64,000 nt of DNA from IMG/VR virus record IMGVR_UViG_3300028591_000122, positions 1 to 64,000 of that record; one strand, given 5' to 3'. The notes under the pieces are model-generated. The model made no database searches. It was not told the origin of the DNA and saw nothing but the letters and a program-made list of their open reading frames with translations. Below are positions 43,347-53,637 of the stretch, in pieces. The position numbers and the translations under genes were made by a program. How positions within the stretch are numbered: the first letter of the stretch is position 1; the number at the start of each line of letters is the position of its first letter. This DNA is from a virus. Taxonomy: Duplodnaviria; Caudoviricetes.

Positions 43347-45929
43347 ATGATGTCAGAATTTGGATATAAGATTAACAACTATGAAGCAGGGTCTATCTAT
43401 GGAGTCATGTTAGGAATGAGAGATAGATACGACTACACAGAAGCAATGTTAACTAATAGTCTTTTCACAGACTTTTTACTTGATAATGGCTTGCAAGTAA
43501 AGAATGATTCTACTCGTGATGTTATTTGTTTGGATTTCAATTATGGAACTCGCGGACCTGAAGATGAAATCAAGCATTTAATCAAAGTAGCGAAAGAAGC
43601 AAGACTAAAATATAAAGTGGCAAAGTCATTCGGAGAAGGAGAAAACGAAAGACTCAGAAGAAAGAAAATCTCTGCTTTGTATTTAGACGTTAAGAATAAT
43701 CCCGAGAAATATAAAAAAGTTTCAAAGGACGAGATACGAACATACTTTTACAATAATGGTGTGCCTATTACATATCATACCCGTAAGGGAGATGAGACAA
43801 TAACATATAAGATGTTGTATCGTACACCGGGCAAAGCCAAAGCAGGCAAGTGTATGTTCATCAAAGAGAAACTTTATAAAAAGGCTAGAAACTTTCTTTA
43901 TATGGGCATTAAACTAAAAAAGAGAAATGCACCCATAGTTGAGATAGGGGCATACTCGTCTTTGATTACTTCCACCATTGTCGGTAAAGTCAGAATCAAA
44001 CCAGAGGAGATTTTAGTGCTTCCAGACTTTGATTCCAAATTCAAGACTAATATAGTGGCTATTAAAACAGATAAAGAGAAACATTGTTACGCAGAGAGAA
44101 TCAATGACTACGAAGTAAAGAATACTATCTTCGACGGACAAGGCTTAATTGATGCGTCAATCTTTCCCGAATGGGGAGATGGTTATATTCTCTTAAGACA
44201 TCATATGTGTAAGTGTGCCGCGTTTAGTGCGAATCTCCAATTGTTCTTTAAGGATTACTTTAGGGAAGACTATGAGAAAGCCACAGTAAAAGATATGTGG
44301 GGGAATGATGTAAGGGTTAAGAAGATAAAACTCGTAACCACAGACCAGAGTATGAAATGGATTAAGTTTGATTTAGGCTTTGATTATTGGTCAGAGTGGG
44401 TGAGAAAGAACGATTGTATGTTCGGCATCGTAAAGACCGCACATCATAGCAAACTCGGAAATGTACAGAGAATGTCGTATCAAATGATTAACTCATTGTC
44501 GGAAGAGATAATGCCTAATGTCATTGATAAGAGCATAAGATACATCGAAAGACTCAAAACAGATGATTATATATTCCTTGAGTATTTGGAGAGAACTGCC
44601 AACTTCAGTAATGACCACGAAGTATTAGTGGCATTGGTAAAGAGAAATCCAGACTTCTTAAGAAGCGAATACTATAGAGCCAGAAAAAGAGACATTATCC
44701 GTGCGTATGTATTGGACTTCAAGAACGGAAGGTCTATTCAAAACGCAGATAATTTAACCATAGTAGGCAGTCCTTATGCTATGCTGCTTCATGCAGTGGG
44801 GGAGAATCCGGAAGACGACCCCACATTTAGAACCGAGAAAGATTGTATTCAATGTTATTCCGAGAGATTCTTGGATAAAGAATACCTTGCAGAGTTTCGT
44901 TCACCGTTTAACTCTCGTAATAATATGGGGTACTTGCATAATAATCTCCATCCGTTGATTAAGAAATACTTTAATCTCGGTAAACTTTGTATCGCAGTTA
45001 ATATGATACACACCGACTTCCAAGATAGAAATAACGGTTCGGATATGGACTCCGACTCAATCTACACAACGAACCAAGAAGATATAGTCGCTCACGCGAA
45101 GTATTGCTATTTGAATTACCCAACAATTGTTAATATGATTCCCAAGGAAAAGAATCATTATGACAATACGATGGACGACTTTGCAGCGATTGATAATAAA
45201 CTTGCCGCATCACAGCTTGCCATAGGGGAATCATCTAACCTCGCGCAGTTATCATTGTCATATACTTATAATTATGATGATAAGAAGTATGATGATTATG
45301 TATGTATATTAAGTGTTGTGGCACAGGCGGCTATTGATAATACCAAAAGAACATTTGATATAGACATACCGCAGGAAATCAAACGCATTAAGAAAGACTT
45401 GGGAGTCAGTGACAGTAAATACCCCAAGTTCTTCTCAATAGTTAAAAAGAACTTTAACTATGATAATATAAATAAACAATTAAAGTGTCCCATGAACTTC
45501 TTATACGATGTAGAGATTTCAAAGATAAGAGATTCAAGACCACCAATCCCTATGAGTGAATTCTTCGAACCCGTACCGTTGGACTCTGATAGAAAGAAAT
45601 CCAAGAAAGTTGAGAAGATGATAGAAAAATATTCTTTGTCTGTATATAAATATAATATAGGCGAGGGAAACGAGGAGTATTTGGTACTGCAATATAACTT
45701 CTTTAAGTTAGTAGAAGATATAAGAGCAATGTATATATCCCGTAATTATAAAAGTCTTATGGCTTGGTTAATCAATAGAGCCTTTCTTATAACACCGGGC
45801 ATACAGTGTAACCAGAAAACAATAAAGACCAAACTAAATAAGAACAGGTCATTACTGCTTAAGACATTATATACAGTTAATCCAGATTTATTTTTAGAAT
45901 GTTTTACAAAAATGGAAAAAACTTTCTAA
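43347..45929 (+). CDS. Single-subunit DNA-dependent RNA polymerase, SPbeta YonO-like (related to cellular RdRPs)
   Basis: 860 aa; R.PGKAK.G, FDGQ, FRSP, GSDMDSD metal motif, IGE.SNLAQ, AID..K; lies before HU/terminase as in SPbeta. Confidence 0.88.
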   Translation: MMSEFGYKINNYEAGSIYGVMLGMRDRYDYTEAMLTNSLFTDFLLDNGLQVKNDSTRDVICLDFNYGTRGPEDEIKHLIKVAKEARLKYKVAKSFGEGENERLRRKKISALYLDVKNNPEKYKKVSKDEIRTYFYNNGVPITYHTRKGDETITYKMLYRTPGKAKAGKCMFIKEKLYKKARNFLYMGIKLKKRNAPIVEIGAYSSLITSTIVGKVRIKPEEILVLPDFDSKFKTNIVAIKTDKEKHCYAERINDYEVKNTIFDGQGLIDASIFPEWGDGYILLRHHMCKCAAFSANLQLFFKDYFREDYEKATVKDMWGNDVRVKKIKLVTTDQSMKWIKFDLGFDYWSEWVRKNDCMFGIVKTAHHSKLGNVQRMSYQMINSLSEEIMPNVIDKSIRYIERLKTDDYIFLEYLERTANFSNDHEVLVALVKRNPDFLRSEYYRARKRDIIRAYVLDFKNGRSIQNADNLTIVGSPYAMLLHAVGENPEDDPTFRTEKDCIQCYSERFLDKEYLAEFRSPFNSRNNMGYLHNNLHPLIKKYFNLGKLCIAVNMIHTDFQDRNNGSDMDSDSIYTTNQEDIVAHAKYCYLNYPTIVNMIPKEKNHYDNTMDDFAAIDNKLAASQLAIGESSNLAQLSLSYTYNYDDKKYDDYVCILSVVAQAAIDNTKRTFDIDIPQEIKRIKKDLGVSDSKYPKFFSIVKKNFNYDNINKQLKCPMNFLYDVEISKIRDSRPPIPMSEFFEPVPLDSDRKKSKKVEKMIEKYSLSVYKYNIGEGNEEYLVLQYNFFKLVEDIRAMYISRNYKSLMAWLINRAFLITPGIQCNQKTIKTKLNKNRSLLLKTLYTVNPDLFLECFTKMEKTF

Positions 45930-46140
45930 AATGTATACGGAAAAAAATAAAATCAAATAGTTTTTCAACAAAAAATATATAAAAAAATATCAAAAATTTA
46001 GGTTTTTTGGGACACCCTTTGACCCACTATCAAGGTTAAGAGGTGTCTCAACCCCTTGCAAATAGGGCGTTTCAGAAAATTTTTTAATGTGACTTATAGA
46101 AGGGAGGCGAACGACCTCCCCGATAGTGAGAAAAGGGAGT

Positions 46141-46356
46141 AAAAAGATGAAGGAAAAAAAGGAAAACAAATGTAGAGCGTGCGGTTCTCCTTTCGTGCGT
46201 ATTGACGGAACCAATATCATTGCGTGTTCTAATGTGAAATGTGATGGCAAACAATGGTTCACAGACGAAAAAGGAAACAAAAAGTTTAAATATGTTGGTA
46301 CTTATTTCCTAACGGACTCCATTCCTTTAACGGGAGGGGTTGAATGGGAATGCTAA
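46141..46356 (+). CDS. Small Zn-ribbon protein
   Basis: CRACG...C....C; start uncertain (46126-46148). Confidence 0.55.
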   Translation, partial: KKMKEKKENKCRACGSPFVRIDGTNIIACSNVKCDGKQWFTDEKGNKKFKYVGTYFLTDSIPLTGGVEWEC

Positions 46357-46679
46357 ATTATAAACAACTTGCTCGTAAAGTAGCAAAGAAAACTGGCTAT
46401 CACGTTGGAGAAGTACAATACATTGTCAAAGCAACATTTGCAGTTATGCTTGAAGAACTGTTAAATGACAATGAGATAATGATAACGAACTTTGGTAAGT
46501 TCCAATTGAGTAAAAGGGCTCCGAGAAAATGTATCGATGCCAGAACAGGTTTGCCAACAATGACTAATTACAAAGCAGATATTAAATTTACTACTGCCTT
46601 AAGATTAAGAGAAAAACTTGCGCTCTTGACAGACCCAAAATATGATTGGGGAGATGATAACTCCGTTGGAGACGAATGA
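46344..46679 (+). CDS. HU/IHF-family DNA-binding protein
   Basis: L..KVAKKTG...NFGKF....RAPR...D.RTG...IKF. Confidence 0.85.
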   Translation: MGMLNYKQLARKVAKKTGYHVGEVQYIVKATFAVMLEELLNDNEIMITNFGKFQLSKRAPRKCIDARTGLPTMTNYKADIKFTTALRLREKLALLTDPKYDWGDDNSVGDE

Positions 46680-46741
46680 ACTCTGGCGTTGTTATAAATA
46701 GGTCTGCCCACCTTTTGGGCGAGAACATGAGGTTCTCTGGT

Positions 46742-46815
46742 AGCGTAGTAGCTCAGTTCGGCAGGAGCAACGGATATTAAGCCGTGTGTCGCGGGTTCAA
46801 ATCCCGTCTGCGCTC
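46742..46815 (+). tRNA. tRNA with undetermined anticodon (arm one base short)
   Basis: AGCGTAG/CTGCGCT acceptor, GCTC/GAGC D stem, GCGGG-TTCAAAT-CCCGT T arm. Confidence 0.7.
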
Positions 46816-46851
46816 GCTGAGGATTGAAAGGAATAAAAGGAGGAAAAGGAT

Positions 46852-47916
46852 ATGGCATCGTTACAGTATGCCCTGTCGGTTAATGAATTAAAGGCTAGGG
46901 GTGTATCTTCTTTAAGAGAAGAATACGATAAAATATCCAACACCTATAATTCGTTATTGGACAAAGAAATATTAATGTGTCCAGTATGCGGTGACTTTAA
47001 AAAGAGAGACACCGCTTTTTATAATGATAATCGTTATATTACTGGCAAGAATCCGATTTGTAAGGAATGTCTGTTAAAGATTGCAGAGCAGAGAAAGAAA
47101 GACAGAGACACTCCCGTTGAAACAAAAGAGAGTGTTCAAAAGGTTTTGCAGATATTGGATAAGCCTTACGATGATGATTTCTATGAAAAGTGTGTAAAAG
47201 GGGCAAAGGACGGAGTTAGGGAAAAGAACCGTAACTCACCCTTTGCTACTTACATAACCGCTATTATGTCTCTACCTCAATGGCAGAATAAAACATATAG
47301 CGACAGTGACTTTGGAAGTTCCATAGAAACAACAGAACTCACAGAAGAAGAAATCGCAATGAACGAGGAGCTTCTTCGAAAAGCCAGAGACAGATTCGGC
47401 AGAGATTATAACAATGTCGATTTGTTGTTCTTGGAAAAGGAGTATGAAGATTGGACAGCGAGAAACCCGTGTGAAACAAAAACACAGGAATTACTGTTTA
47501 AGAGAATTTGTTTCAAGGAACTTGAAATTGACAAATTGCAGAAAGATGGCAAAGATACTAAAGAAGCAGATAAAACTTTACAAGAGTTATTGGCTTCGTC
47601 ACAGTTAAAGCCATCACAGAATGCGGCTAACGCATTAACAGATGCAAAGACGTTCGGTCAGTTAATAGAGAAGTGGGAAAATGAGAAACCCATACCTGAG
47701 CCATTAGAAGAATTTAAGGACGTTGATAGGATAGGTCTTTTAATAGATGTATTCTTCAAAGGACACCTTTCGAAAATGATGGGATTAAAAAATGCATTTT
47801 CTTCTCGGTATGACCAATTTATGAAAAAATATACTGTCAACAGACAGGAATATCAGAACGATGAATATTCCGAAGAACTGTTTGATAAGTTGTTTGGTAC
47901 GAAGTTAGATGACTAA
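46852..47916 (+). CDS. Putative terminase small subunit
   Basis: CxxC pairs, FG.LI.KWE...PI motif; overlaps the terL start. Confidence 0.6.
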   Translation: MASLQYALSVNELKARGVSSLREEYDKISNTYNSLLDKEILMCPVCGDFKKRDTAFYNDNRYITGKNPICKECLLKIAEQRKKDRDTPVETKESVQKVLQILDKPYDDDFYEKCVKGAKDGVREKNRNSPFATYITAIMSLPQWQNKTYSDSDFGSSIETTELTEEEIAMNEELLRKARDRFGRDYNNVDLLFLEKEYEDWTARNPCETKTQELLFKRICFKELEIDKLQKDGKDTKEADKTLQELLASSQLKPSQNAANALTDAKTFGQLIEKWENEKPIPEPLEEFKDVDRIGLLIDVFFKGHLSKMMGLKNAFSSRYDQFMKKYTVNRQEYQNDEYSEELFDKLFGTKLDD

Positions 47917-49648
47917 AACTGCCAAACAAGTTGCTCAGGATAAAGAACAAAAGATTATGGAAACCGTTGCGGAAAGAGCGGCTTATTATAGAGCCAATCC
48001 GCATAGGTTTGCAGAGGAATGTTTAAATATAAAACTTAAATGGTTCCAGTGCATTCTCTTGTGGGCTATGATGCAATATAACTATTTTGCATTTATTGCC
48101 GCCAGAGGACTTGGAAAAACATTCCTAACTTCACTGTTTGCAGTAATTCGTTGTATTCTTTATCCCGGCACCAAAGTAATCGTAGTATCGGGTACATTAA
48201 AGCAAGCCAACGAAGTATTGCTTAAGATACAAGATGAACTTATGCCAAAGTCCGCGTTCTTAAGACGAGAAATAACCAAATGCTCTATAGGTGTCCAAGA
48301 CGCAGAAATTGTTTTTGCTAACGGCTCGTGGATAAGAACAAGACCTAGTACGGATAACGCTCGTGGTTGTCGTGCTAATCTTCTAATCTGTGATGAATTT
48401 AGAATGATAAACGAAAAGGTTGTTGACTTGGTATTAAGAAAATTCTTAACATCACCGAGACACCCCGGTTACTTGGACAAACCAGAATATGCTCATCTTG
48501 TAGAAAGAAACAAGGAAATTTATATGTCCTCTGCTTACTTCAAGAGTTCGTGGGCATATAAAAAGGTACAAGGTTATGTCATTAACTTCTTCGACGATAT
48601 GAAGAAGTTTTTTGTTTGTGGACTCCCTTATCAACTTTCAATACGAGAGGGGTTGCTTTCTCGTGAACAGATTGAAGATGAAATGAGTGAATCCAATTTC
48701 AACCAAACCTTGTTCGACATGGAAATGGGTTGTATGTGGTTCGGAGATGACGGAGACAGTTTGTTTAAATACGAAGATGTAAATCATTGTCGTAAAATAC
48801 AACACACACTGTTGCCGTTAAAATACTATAATCAAAACAATCCAGTGCCAAATGTTTCTGATAATGGCAGACGTATTCTTTCTGTCGATGTTGCTTTAAT
48901 GCAAACAACGAAGAAAAAGAAGAACGACGCGACTGCTATTTTCATAAACGAACTCGTACAACAAGACGATGTAAGTTATCAATCCAACTTCTGTTATGCG
49001 GAAACATTGGAGGGTAAGACTACTGACGAAGTAGGTCTTGTCGTAATGAGATATTTTTATTGTTATAAGTGTACTGATTTAGTTCTAGATACGATGGGCG
49101 TGGGTTTAGGAATTTACGATTTTATTGTTAAAGACCAATACGACCCAGAGACTGGTAAGGTTTACAAGGCGATTACTTGTATTAACGATGCAGACATGGC
49201 TCAACGTTGTAAGGTTAAAGACCCGAATAAAGTCTGTTGGTCTATTAAAGCCAATCCTAAATTCAACAGCGAGATATGTTTGTTGTTGAGAAACGGAATC
49301 CAGAACGGAAAAGTAAATATGCTTATTGATGAAACTGAATGTGACGAATCTCTTAATAAGACTCTCAAGAAATTTAAAACATTCTCTGATGCGGAGAAAG
49401 CACTCATCAAGAATCCTTACGTTCAAACCACTCTCACGGTATATGAGTTAATTAAACTTGAACACGAAGTAAAGGGAAACCTTGTATCTGTACGAGAACA
49501 ATCCGGTATGCGTAAGGACCGTTATTCATCTATGGCATATAATTATTGGTGTGCGTGTCAACTCGAATTAGGTCTTAAACCAAAAACAGAAAGCACACAG
49601 TCTTTATTAGATAAATTTCTAATAAGGGCGGCAAGACACAGTTTTTAA
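47909..49648 (+). CDS. terL: Terminase large subunit
   Basis: AARGLGKT Walker A, ARG.RA, ICDE Walker B, SVDVA and KDRYS nuclease motifs. Confidence 0.93.
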   Translation: MTKTAKQVAQDKEQKIMETVAERAAYYRANPHRFAEECLNIKLKWFQCILLWAMMQYNYFAFIAARGLGKTFLTSLFAVIRCILYPGTKVIVVSGTLKQANEVLLKIQDELMPKSAFLRREITKCSIGVQDAEIVFANGSWIRTRPSTDNARGCRANLLICDEFRMINEKVVDLVLRKFLTSPRHPGYLDKPEYAHLVERNKEIYMSSAYFKSSWAYKKVQGYVINFFDDMKKFFVCGLPYQLSIREGLLSREQIEDEMSESNFNQTLFDMEMGCMWFGDDGDSLFKYEDVNHCRKIQHTLLPLKYYNQNNPVPNVSDNGRRILSVDVALMQTTKKKKNDATAIFINELVQQDDVSYQSNFCYAETLEGKTTDEVGLVVMRYFYCYKCTDLVLDTMGVGLGIYDFIVKDQYDPETGKVYKAITCINDADMAQRCKVKDPNKVCWSIKANPKFNSEICLLLRNGIQNGKVNMLIDETECDESLNKTLKKFKTFSDAEKALIKNPYVQTTLTVYELIKLEHEVKGNLVSVREQSGMRKDRYSSMAYNYWCACQLELGLKPKTESTQSLLDKFLIRAARHSF

Positions 49649-49740
49649 ACGGTGGCGTTAAGGTTGGTAACCGAGGCGAAACAAGCAACTTTTTCAGGAG
49701 TATACGGTATCTCAATACAAGCCGTGCCGAGTCACCGTTT
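49647..49740 (+). ncRNA. Structured RNA motif, copy B
   Basis: 10-bp closing stem AAACGGTGGC/GTCACCGTTT; core shared with 14822-14902. Confidence 0.6.
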
Positions 49741-49833
49741 ATAATATATAGCATTATTCGTTTGGGCGGTTCCGTCAGTGTGATACGAAATCGCTCGAAT
49801 GAAAATGTATAAAACAAAGAAGGAGGTAGCCTT

Positions 49834-51342
49834 ATGGCTGAATTAAAAGACAACCATACGGTTGCCGAAAATAATACTATAATGTTTAAAAAGGCTATGG
49901 ACTCAACACTCACACGGTTGCGAGATGTAAATAAAATCATTAATCCATCAATAAGAGCCATCAATAAAGATGAACTTAAGCAGTGGATTAAGAACACTGG
50001 CAACAATGAGAAGAATTTGAGGAACACGGCAAGGTATTTATATTACCGCTCTAATATTTTCTTTAGATTGGTTAATTGGTATGCGTCAATGTTTTGTCTT
50101 GATTGCAGGATAGTCTCACCTAACTACGATATGACAAAAGAAGGTAGCAATTCTGCTAAAGACATATTGCGTTCATATAGCAATACCCTTGATTGTCTTG
50201 ACGTTTTAAACTTACAAGATAATATGTTACCTGTTCTTATTACGGTGTTCAGAGAAGATGTTTATTACGGAATAATTCTTCGTGGGGATAAAGGTAATTT
50301 CTTTTATCAGTTAGACCCAGATGAATGTGTAATAGACGGCGTATATGAAGACTATGGTTGTTACGGATTCTCTGTAGATATGTCCAAATGGAGAAATGCC
50401 AACAAACAGGCACTTATCGAAATGATAGGCTCTCCTCTTAAAGAAATGTATGCAGAGTATGAAAAAGACCCGTCTCATAAATACGTACATTGTCCTGCGA
50501 AATATAGCGTATGCTTTAAGTTTAGAACAGACACATATAATATGAATATACCTCCTTTCTTGCCATTGTTCTTACAATTGGCAGGGTTGGAAGACCTTGT
50601 TGATATTCAGTCTGAAGCCGATGCATTAGCAATCTACAAACTCATTTATATGCCGATGGAGGTTTTATCTGGGGCAAAAGATGCAGACGACTTCGAAGTC
50701 AGTCCAGACTTGGCTTCTGCATATTTCCAGAGAATGATTGACACAGGGCAGATACCTGAAAATGTAGGTAAAGGTGTTATTCCCGGCAAAGAACTTAAAA
50801 CAATTGATTTCGAGAAGAGCGTAGACAAAGACACTAACAGTGTTGAAATCTCATCTAATCAAATCTTGCAGACCGCTGGTGGTGGAGCGGTTATAAATGC
50901 AAATAAAATTACAAGCACCGCCGCTTTTAACGCGTGGTTAAAGGCAGAAACTGAATTTGCCATTTCTCCTTTAATTCCGCAAATCAATGGCTTCTGTAAT
51001 ATGCAATTAAGTTATATGATGACGAAGCCTGCGAAAGTAAAGCATTTCGAATGTTCCGTATATACGAAAGAGGAACTCGCAAAGAGTATGCTCGAAAGTT
51101 GTCAATACGGATATTCAAATAGACTTGCTTACGGCACTCTCATTGGTGTAAGCGAAAAAGAACAACTCGCTCAGATTTACCTAGAAACCGAAGTGCTTAA
51201 ATTACAAGACAAGATGATTTACCCTTTGAGTTCATCATTCACTACGAGTAATGATGGGTACACCCCAGAAACTGGACAAGGCGCACCCGAGAAAGACCCG
51301 AGTGATTTAACACCCGAAGGAGACCGCAGTAGAAATATTTAA
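49834..51342 (+). CDS. Portal protein
   Basis: 502 aa directly after terL; P.SSSFT...GAP C-terminal pattern. Confidence 0.8.
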   Translation: MAELKDNHTVAENNTIMFKKAMDSTLTRLRDVNKIINPSIRAINKDELKQWIKNTGNNEKNLRNTARYLYYRSNIFFRLVNWYASMFCLDCRIVSPNYDMTKEGSNSAKDILRSYSNTLDCLDVLNLQDNMLPVLITVFREDVYYGIILRGDKGNFFYQLDPDECVIDGVYEDYGCYGFSVDMSKWRNANKQALIEMIGSPLKEMYAEYEKDPSHKYVHCPAKYSVCFKFRTDTYNMNIPPFLPLFLQLAGLEDLVDIQSEADALAIYKLIYMPMEVLSGAKDADDFEVSPDLASAYFQRMIDTGQIPENVGKGVIPGKELKTIDFEKSVDKDTNSVEISSNQILQTAGGGAVINANKITSTAAFNAWLKAETEFAISPLIPQINGFCNMQLSYMMTKPAKVKHFECSVYTKEELAKSMLESCQYGYSNRLAYGTLIGVSEKEQLAQIYLETEVLKLQDKMIYPLSSSFTTSNDGYTPETGQGAPEKDPSDLTPEGDRSRNI

Positions 51343-51356
51343 GTAAGGAGGAAAGG

Positions 51357-51680
51357 ATGATGACAATCTGGCAATGGTTAAGCTTTTTTGGTATTCCGAC
51401 AGCCGTGTTCGGTGCTACCTTTACATACTTTGCAACCAAGTTAAAGAAGTATAAAAAGGAACAAGATGCCATTAGAAATGGTATTCAAGCATTGTTACGC
51501 GCTGAAATGATTTCAAGTTATAATAAATATAACGACCTCGGATATGCACCCATTTACGCTAAAGAAAACTTTGAGAATGTATATATAAACTATCATTCTT
51601 TAGGTTTGAACGGCGTGATGGACGGGATTAGAAAATCATTCATGGACTTACCTACAGAAGACCCGAACAAAAATGAGTAA
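51357..51680 (+). CDS. Small membrane protein, holin-like
   Basis: N-terminal TM helix; G.QALLR...Y..Y..LG.NG motif. Confidence 0.6.
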   Translation: MMTIWQWLSFFGIPTAVFGATFTYFATKLKKYKKEQDAIRNGIQALLRAEMISSYNKYNDLGYAPIYAKENFENVYINYHSLGLNGVMDGIRKSFMDLPTEDPNKNE

Positions 51681-51702
51681 TAAAAAGTAGGAGGATTTTA
51701 AA

Positions 51703-51882
51703 ATGATAAAATTAGTCGATAAGAAACCAGACGGCACTTCCTATTTCATTGCTGACACGGACGCAGATGTTGCGAATCTTCCTACTGATGTAAGTGTTGG
51801 CAGTTCCTGTTTTGTAATAGGAGATGGAAGTGGAAGTAAAGCGTATATGATTAACAACTCACAGACTTGGGTTAAAATCTAA
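51703..51882 (+). CDS. 59-aa hypothetical protein
   Basis: MIKLVDKK...LPTDVSVGSSCFVI...W; AGGAGG RBS; absent from the ORF track. Confidence 0.75.
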   Translation: MIKLVDKKPDGTSYFIADTDADVANLPTDVSVGSSCFVIGDGSGSKAYMINNSQTWVKI

Positions 51883-51895
51883 AGGCGGTGGTTAA

Positions 51896-53440
51896 ATGGA
51901 TATTGAAACATTAAGTCTTGCAAAGAACTATGCCGATTTGATTTTGAAAAAATCCTTTATAGACAACACCGACATAGATTTTATATATGATGAAGATGGT
52001 GGAGCAAATTATTTTTTGATAAGAGTATACCGAGATAAACTTGACGGTTCGCAACAATATCCTTTGGTATTGTGTCCCGAATCTGGAGAAACCGGAACTA
52101 TGTCAACAAAAGATTTGCAAAACATTTATGACTTTGACCTTGCGATTAATGCTGGTATTTTTAACACAACAGATGTTACACCAGACGGTATAGTCATAGA
52201 AAACGGAACGGTAATTAAAAACTCTCCGTCTGCCACCCATAGTCAATGCAGACCTTTAACGATTAACAGACAAGGCACTCTTGGGTATGCCGCATATGAT
52301 GCAGATGCTCAAACCTTGGTTAATAATGGTATTTACTCTGCTGTGTGCGGCTTTATGGAAATCATTCGTGACTATGAGAAAGTTCCTAGCAGTGAGTGGA
52401 ATAATGTTAGTCATTATACGGAGAATTGTCAGAGACAAATCATCGGACAATTTGGGAATGGTGACTATGGAATTATGACTTGTGAAGGACGTAATTATGA
52501 CAATTCTGACGGCTGGACAGTAGAAGAAGCACAAGACGCTTGTGTAAAGCACGGCTTTAAATTTGCTTATCTGCTTGATGGTGGTGGTTCAACAGAAAGT
52601 ATGATGCACCAAAGACATATCAACACTATTTACGAAAGTACAACAGGACGAAAAGTTCCTACGTTTATAGTGTTCAATGGAAGCACTACAATAGAGCCAA
52701 AAAAAATAATTATACCACAAGGCAACCTAATGAAATGCATTGATGAAAATGTTACCGTTGGAGTGCTTGGATTGAAATTCAATTATGTTCCCAATCCTGA
52801 AGATTTGGAAATTATAGGCAACTGGTCAAATCAAGTTGAAAATATTATTATAGACGGTTCTTATTGGGACACTCAACATACGGTTTATTTGATGTTTTCA
52901 AATTTCTTATCTGCCGGAGAATGTTATATTACAATTCGTGATAAGCGTTATGATGTGGTTTCTACTCCTATTCACGTTGTGGTTGATAAGATTGACAAGA
53001 GCAATATCATGCAAGTAAATCAAGTTACTGATGTGTATAAAGATGGAGACGCATTTGTTACTTTAAACGATAAACAGCGAGCCATATTATACGCAAATGC
53101 TTCTGATATAAGGTCTATATATTTACAGAACACTACAACAGAATCTGGCTATTATGCAATTCCATTGCGAGCAGATGTTAATTCTATTATGTTTATTGGT
53201 AGTATTGGAAATGTTAATGTAACACATTCCATGCAACTTTATATATTTGAAGACAATAAACACAATAGAATTGTCGACCCCGGTTGGACCAATGGAGGAA
53301 GTAAGACATATGACTTAACCTCATATAGACAAAGTTATCCCGATACACAATTATACGTTACCTTCAAAATGAGAAGGACGGATTGGGGAAATATTTCCGA
53401 TTGGGACGAAGTTAATATGGGAATCACGTTCTATTCATAG
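51896..53440 (+). CDS. Phosphodiester glycosidase (NAGPA/DUF2233) domain protein with beta-rich C-terminal domains
   Basis: AINAG.F, R..IGQ, EGR, LDGGGST. Confidence 0.85.
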   Translation: MDIETLSLAKNYADLILKKSFIDNTDIDFIYDEDGGANYFLIRVYRDKLDGSQQYPLVLCPESGETGTMSTKDLQNIYDFDLAINAGIFNTTDVTPDGIVIENGTVIKNSPSATHSQCRPLTINRQGTLGYAAYDADAQTLVNNGIYSAVCGFMEIIRDYEKVPSSEWNNVSHYTENCQRQIIGQFGNGDYGIMTCEGRNYDNSDGWTVEEAQDACVKHGFKFAYLLDGGGSTESMMHQRHINTIYESTTGRKVPTFIVFNGSTTIEPKKIIIPQGNLMKCIDENVTVGVLGLKFNYVPNPEDLEIIGNWSNQVENIIIDGSYWDTQHTVYLMFSNFLSAGECYITIRDKRYDVVSTPIHVVVDKIDKSNIMQVNQVTDVYKDGDAFVTLNDKQRAILYANASDIRSIYLQNTTTESGYYAIPLRADVNSIMFIGSIGNVNVTHSMQLYIFEDNKHNRIVDPGWTNGGSKTYDLTSYRQSYPDTQLYVTFKMRRTDWGNISDWDEVNMGITFYS

Positions 53441-53452
53441 GAGAAAAAGGAT

Positions 53453-53623
53453 ATGCAATATTTCATAAAGACTTCTGATGAAGAAGTTGCTAAAGAACTT
53501 CGAGAGAGTGGATATCAAGAATTATCCAAAAGCGGTAAGTTCTTTGTATTTATTAACGATACATCAAAGGTAAAAACTTTTGATAAAGAGAAAGTAATAT
53601 ACACGAATAATCTTTGTGTATAG
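53453..53623 (+). CDS. 56-aa hypothetical protein
   Basis: MQYFIKTSDEEVAKELRESGY...; RBS; absent from the ORF track. Confidence 0.7.
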   Translation: MQYFIKTSDEEVAKELRESGYQELSKSGKFFVFINDTSKVKTFDKEKVIYTNNLCV

Positions 53624-53637
53624 GAAAGGAATTAACA

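Noticed and set aside
46742-46815. Ochre suppressor tRNA implying stop-codon recoding
   Set aside because: The loop geometry is abnormal and genes throughout end normally at TAA/TAG/TGA under the standard code
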